DNA from: Kondoa subrosea
Taxonomy: Eukaryota
Length of the DNA: 64,000 bases
Direction: 5' to 3'
Assembly: GCA_039545335.1 (NCBI GenBank)
Contig: BCIN01000007.1
Span: 744,001 to 808,000, forward strand
The stretch's first letter is position 1, and every line of letters starts with the position of its first letter. Made by a program: the position numbers and the translations under genes. Positions 60,650 through 64,000 of the stretch are shown one piece after another. The notes below the pieces were generated by a model that saw only the letters and a program-made list of their open reading frames with translations, was not told the origin of the DNA and did not search any database.

Positions 60650-63407
60650 ATGAGCAAGCAGGAGGATCTCGCTGACCTCAAGGGCACTGCGTCCCACCTA
60701 GACCAGGCTGCACCTATCACGGAAGCTAGTCTGGCCGCCCAATATCCAGAAATCGACCCAAAGAAATTGTTGCGCAAAGTTGATTTACATCTCATTCCTT
60801 GGCTATCAGTCTTATATTGTATGGTGTCAAATCTCTCAGTCAAATCATATCCGAGCTGACATGTGATATCAAAGTGCTATCCTTCTTGGAGTAAGTCACC
60901 GCGTTGGGCGCATGAATGGTATGAAGCTTATGAGAAATGGCCGTGAAGTCGAACAGCTAGTAAGCAATGTATCTGATTGCATGCGTAACAATTCTGATTG
61001 GATTGCGTTGATTAGTCGGAAACGCGAAGCTATACGGCCTACAAAAAGCTATCGGAGCTACGGACGGACAATGTAAGATCGATCAATCTGATCTGAAGCA
61101 GAACATAGCTAATGATGTTGTAGATCGTCTGGCTCTTACTTTGGTAGTTTCGACTCGATGGAAAGCGAGTCATACTCTTATTGCGTGAACAGTTTTTCAT
61201 TCCCTATGCTCTATTCGAGGTATGTCGGTGACTATGGTATCAGAGAAGCTCTTAAATCAGTGCATGTAGCCTGGAACAAATGCGCTGCTTAAATCTATCA
61301 AGCCTTCATGGTTCTTCACCGGAATTATCGTAATTTGGGGTGTCGTTATGATGTGCCAGTGAGTGTTATGTAGTTCAACCTCTCTCCTCGGATGCTCAGA
61401 CCTTTTCAGAGGATTCGCGACCAATCCAGCGGGACTATACGCTACAAGGTACTTTTTGCGTCCTTTCGCATATTGGCTCTTTTTGTCTCTGACTACATTT
61501 GCAGATTCTTTCTAGGTGTAGCTGAAGCTGGGCTATTTCCTGGAGTACAGTTATACTTGTATGTTCCCCTGTGATGTATTTCCGGAATCATCATTGATTT
61601 TGGTGTAACAGGAGTTTCTGGTACCGACGCCGAGAGTTCGGTTTACGCTCGGCTATCTTTTTCTGTCAGTGTCCGCCTTACGATGTAGATACTTTCGGCT
61701 GATAAGAGGTTTTTGCAGCTGCTGCAAGTACGCTTGCTCTTCTGGAAAGCATACACAGTATTGCTGATACTTCTTCCGCCTCAAGCTGCTGCTGGCGCCT
61801 TCGGGTAAGTTGCAGTACATGTGTGCTGAGCGGGCACATCTTGAAGTCTTTTTCTGTGTAGGGGTCTTTTGTCAGCAGCAATAGGCCAAAGTGCGTTCAC
61901 CCAAATTTGATAATGCTGCATAACCTAAAGTGCTATACAACAGTGGACGGTGTAGCGGGTCGCGGAGGAGTAAGGGTGCGACTGCAAGTGATTTCAGATT
62001 GCTGATTTGGTACCCTTTTCAATAGTGGTCTTGGATCTTCGTAAGTCCTTAAGGCCGGGATTTTACTTTGGCTTATGTTTTGGGCGTCACACAGATCATT
62101 CTAGGTGTTGCGACTGTAGCAATCGGTTCTCTTTCTTACTGGCTCACCTATGATTTCCCTGAAACCGCTACTTTCCTAACTCAACGTGAAAGGGTTGGTC
62201 TCCCCCCTGTTTGCCGAAGACACGTTACTGACATGTTGTAAAGGAATATCAAGTCGCTAGACTAAGATTGGATGGCCAACAAACGGGCATGAAATCTCAC
62301 CTTACCTGGAAGGGAGCTATGAGTGCTCTCTTCGACATTCGTGAGTGCAAACAGTTGCTCTGCTTTTGTCTAAATTCACCCTCTCTATCTCTAAGGGACT
62401 TTACTCTTTGGTAAGCCAAATATCATTATTGGTCGTCTCGCTCATCTCGTATGGAATAGCTATGGTATACGTGTTAGTCCAGTCAATTCGGGGAATGGTT
62501 CAGCAGCTGATCTATACACCACGCAGCGGAGCTGATATGCCCCTTTATGCCTTCTCTCTCTTCACCCCGACCATTGTTCAAGGATTGGGTTTCCGAAACC
62601 GCAACATCGCAAATTTGGTCAGTGTGCCCATATATGGTTAGTGCATTTAAAGTAACACGAAAGAATCAACCTCTAATGCGAAGGGTTTACAGTACTTGCG
62701 TGTATCGTCACCATCTGCGTCGGTATCCTCGCAGACAGAACAGGAAGACGTGGTCTAATCAATCTCGGCGGCTTCGCGGTCGGCATCACGGGTTATATCA
62801 TTCTGATCGCATCTCGCAACTTTGGGCTGTCATATTTCGCAACTTATCTGGCTGCTTGCGGTATATATCCTATGATCGCGTATGTTTGACTGATATACAC
62901 GTCGATCTTGCTCATTGTCTCCAAAGAAACACGGTCGCCTGGACAGCCAATAACATCGATGGACAATACAGAAGATCAATTATTCTTGGTGTGGTGATCG
63001 CTTGGGGAAATGTAAATGGTGCAGTCAGTAGTAACGTCTACTTCGCGAAAGATAAACCATGGGTTCGTCTGTTGAATTTGCGTCTGGCATTAAGCTAAAG
63101 TTGCTATGTAGTATCGACTTGGCCACGGTCTTGTGTTACTGTACCTCTGCCTAGGATTCATCTTCACTGGTCTCTTCATATTGTACGCCAGAAGAGAGAA
63201 CGCGCGAAGAGACAACGGGCACGCCAAAGAAATCATTGGCGGAGAGCGTCCTGCAGACGGATTGACAAAGGACGGCAAGCTCTGGTTCGCTACGGAAGAT
63301 GAAGCTGTACGTGCTAGACTTTATTTGGATTTGAACGTGTGCTCACGATCTTTTTTCAGCGAGTTGCTTTGGGCGACGAGTGGTCAGGATTCAGATACAC
63401 TTACTAG
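60650..63407 (+). CDS. MFS transporter, anion:cation symporter (Tna1/Dal5) family, about 24 exons
   Basis: KKLLRKVDLHLIPWLSVLYLLSFLDRTAIGNAKL, FFLGVAEAGLFPG, WYRRREFGLR, WSWIF, DFPETATFLT, AFSLFTPTIV and GFRYTY*. Confidence 0.93.
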
Positions 63408-63510
63408 AGTAGACTACCTCTTGCTCGTTCGTCAAATGTAGATAGAATGTATGTCAAGATCTGTGCCTATATAACAACTGTGCAAGGTATAATGGGTCAC
63501 TTTACAAATT

Positions 63511-64000
63511 TTACCAATCATCATCCTCCGGCACTTGCGATGGTTTCTTATCTTCATCACTATCGTTCTCCGCGTCTGCCTGCGCCTTCGCATATAAACG
63601 GTCCATATACTGTTGAGACTTCCTGAAAGCATTGTCAAATGCGATGCTAGTTCGGAATGTAGAAAAACGTACTGCGAATCGGTAAGTTGAGGACCCGCAG
63701 CAATCTTTGACTGCGTGTTGACTTTTGCCTGGGTAAGAGGAGCTTGAGATACTGCAGCAACACGTCAATTGAACTTCACAAAGCTGAATTACCAGACGTA
63801 CGCAAAGGCAAATCATTGGTATTCATGCTCAAGAACTCCCTACTTCCATCATGGCCTTGTAGCCAATCTGAAGCCGATACAGCTGCATGCTCCACATCTA
63901 TAGTGACAGGATAGACATCGTCTTGGAAGAATTCGAGCTGGCGAGATTGATCAGCTCGAGAAACACAGTATAAAACGGGTCGCTTGCCCGCGCGCGCGGT
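63511..64000 (-). CDS. Coronin-7/POD-1-like protein, 3' end (gene extends beyond the window)
   Basis: Coronin C-terminal extension FFQDDVYPVT..VSASDWLQGHD and an acidic tail ending SQVPEDDDW*. Confidence 0.75.

Overview
This is a compact, very intron-rich eukaryotic window. Introns are mostly GT-AG and about 41-60 nt, with many microexons. Gene content and style point to a basidiomycete fungus, plausibly Pucciniomycotina (inference). It holds about 30 protein-coding genes and one tRNA-Asp(GTC). Recognisable genes include an HCS1/IGHMBP2-like helicase, CCDC25, a RING E3, ETF-beta, a CAMK-group kinase, ALG11, an ABCG transporter, ubiquitin-S27a, two H2A, H2B, GRX5, a TCERG1-like protein, two aquaporins, FHIP, SGT1, an SLP-type phosphatase, a CDF, an MFS and a coronin-7-like 3' end. 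The most striking structure is a ~1.45 kb inverted repeat (about 20341-21796 and 27991-29465). Each arm carries a complete H2A gene and an open acidic terminal exon. The arms bracket a ~6.2 kb cassette holding GRX5, an intronless putatively mitochondrial 708-aa ORF, and a spliced gene with four tandem AFT/FAR1/MULE-like (WRKY-GCM1-type) zinc-finger modules. Other oddities are a possible alternative splice acceptor switching the H2A tail between SQEL and SQGDDE, a ubiquitin with four substitutions, an aquaporin paralog lacking the selectivity-filter Arg, an 11-exon microexon gene, and two genes broken by in-frame TAA stops. All exon structures were read by eye; no searches or alignments were run.
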